Virus record (IMG/VR): IMGVR_UViG_3300033066_000386 | Location: 25,758-89,757 of that record | Strand: one strand, 5' to 3' | Length of the DNA stretch: 64,000 nt | DNA from: a virus | Taxonomy: Duplodnaviria; Caudoviricetes | Shown: positions 9,113-17,633 of the stretch, one piece after another | Numbering within the stretch: the first letter of the stretch is position 1 | Layout of the letters: each line of letters begins with the position of its first letter | Translations under genes and position numbers: made by a program | Notes under the pieces: model-generated | Database searches by the model: none | What the model was told of the DNA's origin: nothing | What the model saw: only the letters and a program-made list of their open reading frames with translations

Positions 9113-10521
9113 TTCAGATAAACGAACGGGCTGACGGTCCATCCGTTGGCATCCTGGATCGAGTCATTGAGCCACGGGCGCCCATCGCAGCGGGTAATCA
9201 CACGCCAGCACAACTGGTTGTTCTGGAACTTGTACTGATTGCTCACGTCGATCTGCATTTCCATGCGGTTGCCGATGACGTACTTGGACCAATCCACCAA
9301 CATCACATCTCCCGCCGTTCCGAGCGTTGGCAATTTTTCCGTGAAGAAGATCGGCAAGCCATTCAAGAAGGCTTGCGGTAACTTCTGAGCCATCGGGCCA
9401 TTGACGCCCTGTTGGTACATGTTGGTCCAAACCAACTGATTGCCTGGAATGAATGTGGTAGTAGCCGTGTTGGCTACCGCACCCGATGCCATCTGGATCA
9501 ACTGAGGAATCACGCTTTGGTGCATGATCCAACAGGCGTCATCCCAAGAGCGAATCTGGAGATGGCTCAACATGGCTGCGGCGTCTGCCAAGGTGAAGCG
9601 GCTAGCCACGGTTCGGTTCTGAGCGATTGCTGCGGGGGCATTGAGAACACCGAGAGGCATGCTCGAACCCGCACCCAACCCACGAAGGAAGGCGTACTCT
9701 TTGTACCAGACGATGGCCTGGCCGAAGAGTTGAGTGAGGAGTGCATCCAAGCCCACACCGTTGTCCATCAATAGCTGATTGCTGGCAACCGTGAATAGCT
9801 GGAGGTTCCAGGCCGTCCACTCGCTTTGCTTGAAGGTCGGCTCCGTCTCGTTGATGAGTTGGGCTTCTGGTTGCCACGTGGCTTGCACGCCGCCGAAATA
9901 GGGGGACACACCGGATGCTTGAGCCGTGGTAATGTCCAACATCGGCCATTGTGCCGTGTAGGAGGTCATCGGAACCACTTTGGCCCGTTGTTCGATAAAG
10001 CCATCTTCCGCAGCGATGGTTAGAAGCTCGCTGATGAATTGAGGTGGCACGATGTAACCACCGGTGACACCGCTGCCTTCCGCTAAGGCTGCCTTGCGGA
10101 TTTCACCAGTGGCCTTATCCCGAACTCCACCTTGCTTGATGGCCTTGTGAACCGAGCAGAACTCGTGTTCTTTCTCGAAGCTATCGTCGTTGTAGTTGTC
10201 GTTCCACAGCCCTTGGCTTTTGGCCACTTCCATTGCGTTGCGATCACCGCTCAAGGCTGCGAGCTTGACCAAGGCGGGACCAGCACCGCATAGACGGGGC
10301 TTGCCGTTGTGCTTTTTCGCGAACATATCCGCCGCTGCCGCACTGCCGTAGCTTTTGGCGATGCGCTGCAAGCGATCATAGGTGCGCTGATTGAAGTCGC
10401 CCTTTTGGTCCCATGCGTCCTTCTCGGCGAACACCATATCGGGGGCATGCCGTGATGCCGGAGTGCTGGCCGCTTTCTGGAGTGCGGCTTCGATTTTGTC
10501 GAGTTGAGCTTTTGCGGACAT
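9109..10521 (-). CDS. HK97-fold major capsid protein, paralog 1 (with N-terminal delta/scaffold-like domain)
   Basis: ALAEGSGVTGGYIVPPQF...ETEPTF...GDVMLVDWSKYVIGNR...WRVITRCDGRP...SPFVYL. Confidence 0.92.
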   Translation of the reverse strand: MSAKAQLDKIEAALQKAASTPASRHAPDMVFAEKDAWDQKGDFNQRTYDRLQRIAKSYGSAAAADMFAKKHNGKPRLCGAGPALVKLAALSGDRNAMEVAKSQGLWNDNYNDDSFEKEHEFCSVHKAIKQGGVRDKATGEIRKAALAEGSGVTGGYIVPPQFISELLTIAAEDGFIEQRAKVVPMTSYTAQWPMLDITTAQASGVSPYFGGVQATWQPEAQLINETEPTFKQSEWTAWNLQLFTVASNQLLMDNGVGLDALLTQLFGQAIVWYKEYAFLRGLGAGSSMPLGVLNAPAAIAQNRTVASRFTLADAAAMLSHLQIRSWDDACWIMHQSVIPQLIQMASGAVANTATTTFIPGNQLVWTNMYQQGVNGPMAQKLPQAFLNGLPIFFTEKLPTLGTAGDVMLVDWSKYVIGNRMEMQIDVSNQYKFQNNQLCWRVITRCDGRPWLNDSIQDANGWTVSPFVYLN

Positions 10522-10613
10522 TGAAATATTCTCCTATTACAAAGAAGCTATGTAGTGAAGCGTTGTAGAGCGACATTCGCTCCACCGATGCTTCGATGTT
10601 TACTCGCGCGACC

Positions 10614-13600
10614 CTAAATGGCGAAACCGTAGTCCTTCAATCGATTGGTCAGTACCTTGAGGCGTTCCATGTCTTCCGGTGACAAGTCGTCGTCCTCGTC
10701 TTTTTCTTTGGTACACTTGCAATCGGACGACTTCTTTTTGCCCTTTCCTACATTGGCGAACATGGCCCGACATTCATCGTCCTGATCTTCACCCTCGCAG
10801 TCCTCACCGTAGATAATTTTTTCCTCTACAACTTCGCTAGAGGAATCCTTGGTTTCTTCCTCTTCCTCAAGGAACTCGGCCTCCTTGACCAACACCAGTT
10901 TGTTGCCCACTCGTTTGGCCGTGCCGACCTTGCGGGTGTACCACTTGAGGTTCTTCGGGTGCTGGTAGCGCTCCAGAATCTCCTCAGTGTCCTCATCGGG
11001 GTTGATGCCCACTTCCTCGTCGATGACATCTTCGTGTTCCGGCTCGGCTTCCTCTTGCTCCGCCCATTCCACGAGATCAAGGTCTTTGTCTTCGACCTCT
11101 TCGGAGATGTTGTCGTCTTCGAGGGATTTCTTTTCTTGGATGCCAGGATAGTTCTGTCTGAGCCAATGAAGAAGTTCGGTTACATTGGAGGCCCTTGCGG
11201 AGTCTATGATTTCCCCAGAGGCATCAAAGACTTCTACCAAAGGGGCTTTTGGGTCTTTCGTTAGCCTGAACTTCTCTCCCGATTTCCGCACCGACTTACG
11301 ACGCTTGCTCACCACCTCGTCTTCGGGTGGGATTTCACCGGCTTGAACCATGCCTTCCTCGCCGGGATCGGTCTCTGATCCACCCGTGCCGTCCGTCTCC
11401 ATGCCCTTCATGCACTTGTCAAGGAACTCATCGGGGTCGCCCTCACCCTTGGCGTGGTGGGTGTGCAACATGCCCTTGAGGTGTTCCATGCGGGGATCGA
11501 CGTACTTGGCCTTGTATTTGGTCAACCCCTCTTCAATGCCGGGGTGGTCGAGTTTGGAAATCTCGTCTTCGAGGAACTCCGCTTCGGCCTTGGCGTGCTG
11601 ATAGGTCTTGACGATGGATGCCGCCGATGGCTTGACCGTGAACGGCTCCTCCATCTCGATATCCTCGGCGATGAGATCGTGTGCATCGTCCTTCATGACC
11701 TGATCCTCTTCGTCCATGTCGGCTTTGCGTACCGGCTTGCTCTTGGCCACTGGTTGCTTGACCGGAGTTTTCTTTTTCATTGATTTGCCCCTTAGTTCAG
11801 AAGCAACCTTGTTGGCTTCCTGTAAAGTGTCGTAAAGCAACCCGTCTTTCGACGAAGCCACTCCCCCACCGTCCACAATTACCCTTCCGTCTGGTAGAAC
11901 GTTTTCCACGGTCTTGACCAGACCTCTCGTATCAACAATGAATTTCCCGTAGCCAGGTAGCTTGGGCTTGTCCATGAAATTGACGGCGACGACTTTCGTG
12001 GCTGGCTTAACGCTGTCAATGGAGATTGATTTCTTCTTTTTGTTGCCGCACGGACAATCGGGCTTGCCACCGCACTCGCAGGGGGGAACGGTGTAGCCAC
12101 CGCTGGCTCCGGAGGACTCGGCCAGGGATTTTTCGGCTCGTGAAAGGATCGCCTGCTGTAACTTAAGAGCTGCCCTGGAGGCTAGAGTACTTCCGTCGTC
12201 TGGGTCTCGACCCCTTACCCAAGATTGGTCAAAATAAATAGGTATAGTAACTACATCTCGTGAACCAACCGCTGCCCCAATCTCCATGTTTATTCCGGAT
12301 GGAACCCCACCAGCTCTTTGAACAGCCTTGTCTGCGATGTCATCCAAATCAGCATCAGTTAGTCTTCTTCCTTTGTAATTTGAGGGGATGGGTATGACTG
12401 CAACGATCCTACCCCCTAAAGATTTGTTAATCGACTTCCACACTTTTGGGTCATCCAGCCTATCCTTTGGCTCGGCCAGGGATTTTAGTTGTCTGTAGTT
12501 GTCGTTCTCGAAAAACCCTTTCGGGTCAACCATGAGCAGTATTCTTTCGCGAGTTGAATTACCCAACTTGATTGGTGTGTCCAACTGCACCGTTGCTTGC
12601 CCAAAGTTTCCACCGGCTGTATCGTTGTGAATCCCGGTGATACGTCCTTTGAAATCACTCTCCCCCAATCCTGGGACTGAGTAATGCCCTTCAACGTGCA
12701 TTCCTACTGACAACTTTTTCCCTTTAGTCACGGCTTTCGACTTGCACCCACAGTCCTTCTTGGCGGCTTTTGCTACTTCAATTTCGTCGCCATCGTATCT
12801 CTGAATTTCTCCGTCGTCCATTTCCACGATATATTGAGCCAATCTGCCTGAGCCGCGAACTTCCTCTATCTTTCCTTTGCCATGGCGACTCTGCACCCGA
12901 TCCCCGACCTTAAAGGAATAACCCCGGTCAAGACGAGAGTCCCCGCGAGGAGCGTTGTTTCTTAGTGAAGATTTCTTCACGGTGCAATCTCCGTTCGGAC
13001 ACCACCCCGACCACACAATTCCTTGTTCCTTGCGGCTCTTGGCGGCATAGGGCTTCAAGGCTTTTTGCAGTCTGGGAGTGATGAAGGATTTCTCTTTGTC
13101 GAGGCTGTCACGGATGGCCCCGGCGTTGGCGGGGACTCCGACGATGCTCGTTTCGGTGTGATCCCATGAATCGAATCGCCACCCCGAAGGACGGGTATCG
13201 CGTGGATTCGACTTGTACATCTCTTCCCGGCGTTGAGCGATGAGCGGGACGAATGCAATGCTCGTGGCGTTGAGAATTCCGCGCTGAACCTTCCCGAATA
13301 CGAACATCGCGTCGGGGTCGGCACGGTCGGGGTAGAAATTGGAGATGCACTTATCCCGCTGGGAAACCACCGCTATCGATCCATCAGGTGCGCGGCTCGT
13401 TCCAATGGGGATTTCCCATTCCTGATGGCCGAAGAACCACACGGGATTATTCGCGTAGTTTTTGCCTACTCGACCCATCGGCACGACGATATCTCCATCC
13501 CGATCCTCTTCCAGGGTGGTGATGATGAATTGGATATAGTCGTTGGTGGACCCGCTCAAGTTGGCCGATCCGCTCCGGCCCATGCCCAAAGCGGAGTTGC

Positions 13601-13742
13601 CCGAATGGTCCTTGTAGACGAATGCGTATTGTTCTTGCAATGACATGAAGTCCTTGACGGACACGTTGCCGTCCCTAATCGCTTTGGCGACTAGCGACTT
13701 TCGCGTCTCTACGTCTTTCAGGACTTTTAGGGTGTTACGCAT
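10614..13742 (-). CDS. HK97-type prohead protease with long multi-domain and acidic C-terminal extension
   Basis: ITTLEEDRDGDIVVP...NPVWFFGH...ATSIAF...ETSIVGVPAN protease motifs; start refined to ATG 13742 (SD agggg); 1043 aa. Confidence 0.85.
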   Translation of the reverse strand: MRNTLKVLKDVETRKSLVAKAIRDGNVSVKDFMSLQEQYAFVYKDHSGNSALGMGRSGSANLSGSTNDYIQFIITTLEEDRDGDIVVPMGRVGKNYANNPVWFFGHQEWEIPIGTSRAPDGSIAVVSQRDKCISNFYPDRADPDAMFVFGKVQRGILNATSIAFVPLIAQRREEMYKSNPRDTRPSGWRFDSWDHTETSIVGVPANAGAIRDSLDKEKSFITPRLQKALKPYAAKSRKEQGIVWSGWCPNGDCTVKKSSLRNNAPRGDSRLDRGYSFKVGDRVQSRHGKGKIEEVRGSGRLAQYIVEMDDGEIQRYDGDEIEVAKAAKKDCGCKSKAVTKGKKLSVGMHVEGHYSVPGLGESDFKGRITGIHNDTAGGNFGQATVQLDTPIKLGNSTRERILLMVDPKGFFENDNYRQLKSLAEPKDRLDDPKVWKSINKSLGGRIVAVIPIPSNYKGRRLTDADLDDIADKAVQRAGGVPSGINMEIGAAVGSRDVVTIPIYFDQSWVRGRDPDDGSTLASRAALKLQQAILSRAEKSLAESSGASGGYTVPPCECGGKPDCPCGNKKKKSISIDSVKPATKVVAVNFMDKPKLPGYGKFIVDTRGLVKTVENVLPDGRVIVDGGGVASSKDGLLYDTLQEANKVASELRGKSMKKKTPVKQPVAKSKPVRKADMDEEDQVMKDDAHDLIAEDIEMEEPFTVKPSAASIVKTYQHAKAEAEFLEDEISKLDHPGIEEGLTKYKAKYVDPRMEHLKGMLHTHHAKGEGDPDEFLDKCMKGMETDGTGGSETDPGEEGMVQAGEIPPEDEVVSKRRKSVRKSGEKFRLTKDPKAPLVEVFDASGEIIDSARASNVTELLHWLRQNYPGIQEKKSLEDDNISEEVEDKDLDLVEWAEQEEAEPEHEDVIDEEVGINPDEDTEEILERYQHPKNLKWYTRKVGTAKRVGNKLVLVKEAEFLEEEEETKDSSSEVVEEKIIYGEDCEGEDQDDECRAMFANVGKGKKKSSDCKCTKEKDEDDDLSPEDMERLKVLTNRLKDYGFAI

Positions 13743-13871
13743 ACCCCTAAAGCTAGCTAGGGGTACGGAGATAGTAAATCGGAAATGACTTAGGGGTGTG
13801 TAAGTGTAACTACTGGTTATCCACAAAACGAACGGCACGGAAAATATTTTGGAAAAATCTTTCGCTAGGGC

Positions 13872-13900
13872 TTGCACTTGGTGAATCAGGGGTGTATATT
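13872..13900 (+). promoter_or_regulatory. sigma70-type promoter P1 for plus-strand island
   Basis: TTGCAC-N17-TATATT with A/T-rich upstream tract. Confidence 0.7.
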
Positions 13901-13943
13901 GATAGTGTAGTCAGCAATGGTAACACTTAACCGGAGAAAGCTC

Positions 13944-14261
13944 ATGTCCTTCAATCGCAATCTCGACAAAGTCACCATCAACGGCACGGAATACAGTCTT
14001 AATGGCCGCTCGGAGTGCGAGATCATTGGCCAATGCCAGTATGTTGTCGCGGTTGACCCTGATGGCATTGACGGCGAAGTTCAGACGCAAATTTACATCG
14101 AGTCCGTTGACGCCGAATATGGCGACGATGAAACGACGATGTATCGATGGGTCGAAAACGATGACAATGGAAGTCATGAAAGCGGCGACTGGACGCTATC
14201 CCGCGAAGAGGCGGTTGAGGCAGGCCGCAAATTCGCCGCGAGCAATCAGGAGTCGCTGTAA
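13944..14261 (+). CDS. hypothetical acidic protein (island 1)
   Basis: SD ggag, ATG 13944, downstream of P1. Confidence 0.65.
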   Translation: MSFNRNLDKVTINGTEYSLNGRSECEIIGQCQYVVAVDPDGIDGEVQTQIYIESVDAEYGDDETTMYRWVENDDNGSHESGDWTLSREEAVEAGRKFAASNQESL

Positions 14262-14322
14262 CAGCCATGACACCCTGAGCCATGCCGTTATATAGCGGTG
14301 TGGCGTCTTGGAGCAACAAGCC

Positions 14323-14604
14323 ATGTCTACTTACACCCACGTCGGTTTCAAGCGATTCACCGGCTACATTCATCGCGCAAAACTGTACGGCCACCGTGAT
14401 TATCATGGGGTCATTCACGCGATCAACGGTGAGTCCGCTGGCTCTCTACATGAAGGCAAGCCTTATGTGTCGCTGTGCGGAAAGTCGGTCATCGCCGACA
14501 CTGATTTTGATGGTCGATACAATCTCTGGCACGCGAGCGAAGGCCCGAAAGTGACCTGCAAACGATGCGCGAAAATCATAAAGGAGGCGGTCAGTGAGGC
14601 CTAA
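14323..14604 (+). CDS. hypothetical protein (island 1)
   Basis: SD ggag, ATG 14323; SLCG...CKRC Cys pattern. Confidence 0.6.
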   Translation: MSTYTHVGFKRFTGYIHRAKLYGHRDYHGVIHAINGESAGSLHEGKPYVSLCGKSVIADTDFDGRYNLWHASEGPKVTCKRCAKIIKEAVSEA

Positions 14605-14794
14605 ACCCAAACCCAAACGCCCAGGCGGCGCGGCCCAACTCCGCGCCCTCGGCAAGATCCCGATCCAGGTCACGTTGACCGCCGAACAGTTGGAATTAAT
14701 CGACCGTGCACGTACCAAGGATGGACGCTCGCGGGCCGGGTTCTTCGCACATTACACGATGGAAGCCGCGAATAAGTTGCTCAAAGAAAACTGA
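14594..14794 (+). CDS. ribbon-helix-helix-like DNA-binding protein
   Basis: PIQVTLTAEQLELIDRARTKDGRSRAGF pattern; basic N-terminus. Confidence 0.6.
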   Translation: MRPKPKPKRPGGAAQLRALGKIPIQVTLTAEQLELIDRARTKDGRSRAGFFAHYTMEAANKLLKEN

Positions 14795-14795
14795 C

Positions 14796-15044
14796 TTACT
14801 TGGAAATGGTGCGGATTAGACGGAAGTAGAGTTTGCCCTTAATGAACTGACAGAGGATGTCTTGCCGCTTGGATTTGACGTACTTGCGAATCTCGAAAAT
14901 GTGTCTGCGCACCGCCGTGATGCCGCTTAGATCGTCCGGTAGGCATAGGTGCAATTCTTGCCGATGATGGGGCAATCCGTCCGATAGAACCTTGAGAATC
15001 TTCTTCTGAGTCACCGTCAAAGGCTTTAGCTGCTGAGTCTCCAT
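14796..15044 (-). CDS. winged-helix DNA-binding protein
   Basis: LTVTQKKILKVLSDG...RRHIFEIRK...KLYFRL. Confidence 0.55.
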   Translation of the reverse strand: METQQLKPLTVTQKKILKVLSDGLPHHRQELHLCLPDDLSGITAVRRHIFEIRKYVKSKRQDILCQFIKGKLYFRLIRTISK

Positions 15045-15053
15045 TCGTTCTCC

Positions 15054-15365
15054 TTAAGAAACCCACATTCCCAAGATGTGCCGCTCAACTATTTGACCGT
15101 TGCGGATTAAATCAATGCCGCCAGACCCGCTAAGGCCGTTCATGGTTACTCCGTGGGTGACGAAGACACCATCTTGACCCTGCATTTGCTCCAGCTTAAT
15201 CCTCAGCGATTCCACCTGCCCTTTCGGTATATCTTCTTCACGCCAGCCTTTGAAATGCCTGTTGATAATCCGGTCAATGGATATCGGGTAGGCGTGCTGG
15301 AATATGGCTTCGTTGACAACTGGGTAAAGATGCTTTACCGACTCGTCGATTACTATGTTTGACAT
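15054..15365 (-). CDS. hypothetical protein
   Basis: 103-aa ORF abutting neighbours. Confidence 0.55.
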   Translation of the reverse strand: MSNIVIDESVKHLYPVVNEAIFQHAYPISIDRIINRHFKGWREEDIPKGQVESLRIKLEQMQGQDGVFVTHGVTMNGLSGSGGIDLIRNGQIVERHILGMWVS

Positions 15366-15587
15366 TCACAACCCCTTCTTGACCATGTGGACTGCCGTGC
15401 CGCTTGGATGAACGCCCTTGGATCGTGCCTTGCAGGTTGGGCATTCGGCGATGAGGATTTCTTCTCCCATCGCCTTGCCTAGCTTGCACTCGTAGCGAAA
15501 ACACTCCATGAGCGTATCGCACGATAGGCACTTCCCACGCATCACGTCATGAGGATTGGTGGGGAGATTTGTCTTCTTAATCAACAT
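15366..15587 (-). CDS. small zinc-ribbon protein
   Basis: CLSC...CPTC. Confidence 0.55.
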   Translation of the reverse strand: MLIKKTNLPTNPHDVMRGKCLSCDTLMECFRYECKLGKAMGEEILIAECPTCKARSKGVHPSGTAVHMVKKGL

Positions 15588-15716
15588 GCAACTTCTCCCC
15601 TAGTGCGGAACAGAGGATGATTTCAAGAGCAAATAGCAAATTGCCGGGTAGGTCCGAGGCATGCTCTTTTGCATAACCCATATAGACTCGCGCGACTAGA
15701 TATACCTGATTCATGA

Positions 15717-16055
15717 TTACACCAATCCGTTAACGCCTTGAATTCCACACGCTTCATTGAACATCTGCCGTAGCCTGCCCTTGATGAGCATCTCATCCCC
15801 ATCACGGCATCGCCCCTCATTGGCAGCCCATACACATATCCGTAGTTGATCTTGAGAGAAGGGGATATCGAGCGGTTCCCTCATGTTGGGAGCGATGGTG
15901 GAATCGATCATCTCGTCGAATCGGGAGATGAGTGCCATTCGTGTGGCCGTCTCTCCGGCACTGCGCGTCTGCACATTCCTCACGGCGAACACGAACCATC
16001 GCAGATCGTTGAGGGTGATACGCAGCGTGGTGACTGATTGAACTTCTTCACTCAT
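15717..16055 (-). CDS. hypothetical protein
   Basis: 112-aa ORF in operon. Confidence 0.55.
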   Translation of the reverse strand: MSEEVQSVTTLRITLNDLRWFVFAVRNVQTRSAGETATRMALISRFDEMIDSTIAPNMREPLDIPFSQDQLRICVWAANEGRCRDGDEMLIKGRLRQMFNEACGIQGVNGLV

Positions 16056-16064
16056 TCCATTTCC

Positions 16065-16367
16065 TCACGAATTGTCGGGAACGTTGGTAGGTTCCACCAT
16101 CTCAACAGTTTGCCCAGACAGACTATGTTGGCAGTCTCCGCAATATTCGATTTTACCTCCACGAACGTGGTAGTGGCAGATCGTTTCTTCCGCGCGGTTT
16201 TCCCCTGCCGGGATGTAGTGCCTAACAGACGGCGACAACGTTGGGGATTCCTCATCACCATTCCAATGCCATCGCTCGGCAGGTACTCCGTGAAGATGTT
16301 TACAGCCTGGGCAGTGATACCAAACGTGCTGAACACCTTGATAATTTCTGACGGCTACCTTATTCAT
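16065..16367 (-). CDS. DUF6527-like Cys/His zinc-binding protein
   Basis: CPGCKHLH...WHWNGDEESPTLSPSV...CHYHVRGGKIEYCGDCQH. Confidence 0.65.
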   Translation of the reverse strand: MNKVAVRNYQGVQHVWYHCPGCKHLHGVPAERWHWNGDEESPTLSPSVRHYIPAGENRAEETICHYHVRGGKIEYCGDCQHSLSGQTVEMVEPTNVPDNS

Positions 16368-17140
16368 TCCATTTCCTCCGTCATCGAGCAGCTACAGTGA
16401 GGATGCCTCGGCGGACACATTACCCGTGCATAGGGGCCGGTTCCATCTACGACAAAAGGTTCGTTCAACCTCACCAATTTGCCCTCTAGTTCCGCGCACT
16501 TGGGGCAGCAGTCCCAACTACTAAGCCACCGCTTGTGCGTTGCCCCCGCCTCTTGTGCAGCATCGATTTGGCCCAGGTGGGTGAATCGGCTCGACTCCGT
16601 TTGTGCTATTGTAAACGCTCGGTTGGGGTTGGAGAATATCTCCCGTATCTTTTTTGCCAGGAGCTTGTGGGCTGCACCGGCTTCTAGACCCTCCCGCATC
16701 AGTTGGCGTAGGTTGACCATTGCCGTCTTGAGGTCCGTGGTTGCCGTCTCTAGCGTGGACCTAGCGAAGATGAAGGTGTGGTTGTCCACGGCGTCTAGTA
16801 TCTTCGGGTTGAATAGCTCGAAGTCCTCTTCGATGGTTGCTGCCTTGAAGATGGCACGTTGGAGCCGTTTCTTGGTTCCGAATGCCCTATCGGTGGGTAG
16901 GGTGTGGCTTGCGATACCCGTTTGTAGTCGCGCGAGTCTACTTGCTGCCTGCATGATGCCAGTCTGGTACTGATCCGTCATCACGGGCTTGATCGCTTCC
17001 ACAGTCACGCTCACCCACGGGGTCAAGTCGGGGACCGTCATCTTGTCCATGTCGATCCTCGACGCAACCTCTCTGGCCTGCAACGTGAATATGCGCTGAA
17101 GGATTCTTTGGAGCGTCAAGGCGTTGTTGCTTTTCTTCAT
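16364..17140 (-). CDS. MuF/gp7-like minor head morphogenesis protein
   Basis: RAFTIAQTESSR...KRWLSSWDCCPKC..LEG...PPRHPHCSC. Confidence 0.88.
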   Translation of the reverse strand: MKKSNNALTLQRILQRIFTLQAREVASRIDMDKMTVPDLTPWVSVTVEAIKPVMTDQYQTGIMQAASRLARLQTGIASHTLPTDRAFGTKKRLQRAIFKAATIEEDFELFNPKILDAVDNHTFIFARSTLETATTDLKTAMVNLRQLMREGLEAGAAHKLLAKKIREIFSNPNRAFTIAQTESSRFTHLGQIDAAQEAGATHKRWLSSWDCCPKCAELEGKLVRLNEPFVVDGTGPYARVMCPPRHPHCSCSMTEEME

Positions 17141-17162
17141 TCTTGATCCGGCTGAACATAAT

Positions 17163-17633
17163 CTACGATTGCATTGCCACGATCATTTCCGATAGGGTGC
17201 GCACCTTCTCTTCGGCGTCCTCATCGTTCGGGTCGATGTTGTCGGCAATCAATTGAGCCACGGTGTCATCCAGTTTGGCTTGACGCTCTTCGGCATCCTT
17301 GCGAATGAGGCTTTTGTAGATCGGGGAGGACAATAGCCGCTTGTTCTTGGGAGGGGGCACTTCTTCATTCGGCTTGCCCACACCATAATAGGGCTTGTCC
17401 GTTTCCGGGTTTAGCTCGATCTCTCCACCCATCTTTTCTTTGACCAAGTTGGCTGCCAACCATCCCGGTCTGCCGTCCGATTCGCCGTATTCATACGCAG
17501 GGTAACTGGCCACTAAATTGGCCTCAACTGCTAACAGATTACCCAAGTCGCTTTCCTCATAAACAGTCCAAGTATTGTCGTCACCCAAAACGAGGGTGTC
17601 GTCACCTATTTCCACTTTGGCTAGCCATTTCAT
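17163..17633 (-). CDS. hypothetical head-module protein
   Basis: Start refined to ATG overlapping upstream stop (TAATG); carries SSPIYK motif. Confidence 0.6.
   Translation of the reverse strand: MKWLAKVEIGDDTLVLGDDNTWTVYEESDLGNLLAVEANLVASYPAYEYGESDGRPGWLAANLVKEKMGGEIELNPETDKPYYGVGKPNEEVPPPKNKRLLSSPIYKSLIRKDAEERQAKLDDTVAQLIADNIDPNDEDAEEKVRTLSEMIVAMQS

Noticed and set aside
13743-13877. N-terminal extension of the protease ORF in the track
   Set aside because: It overlaps the divergent promoter region; the SD-bearing ATG at 13742 is more plausible
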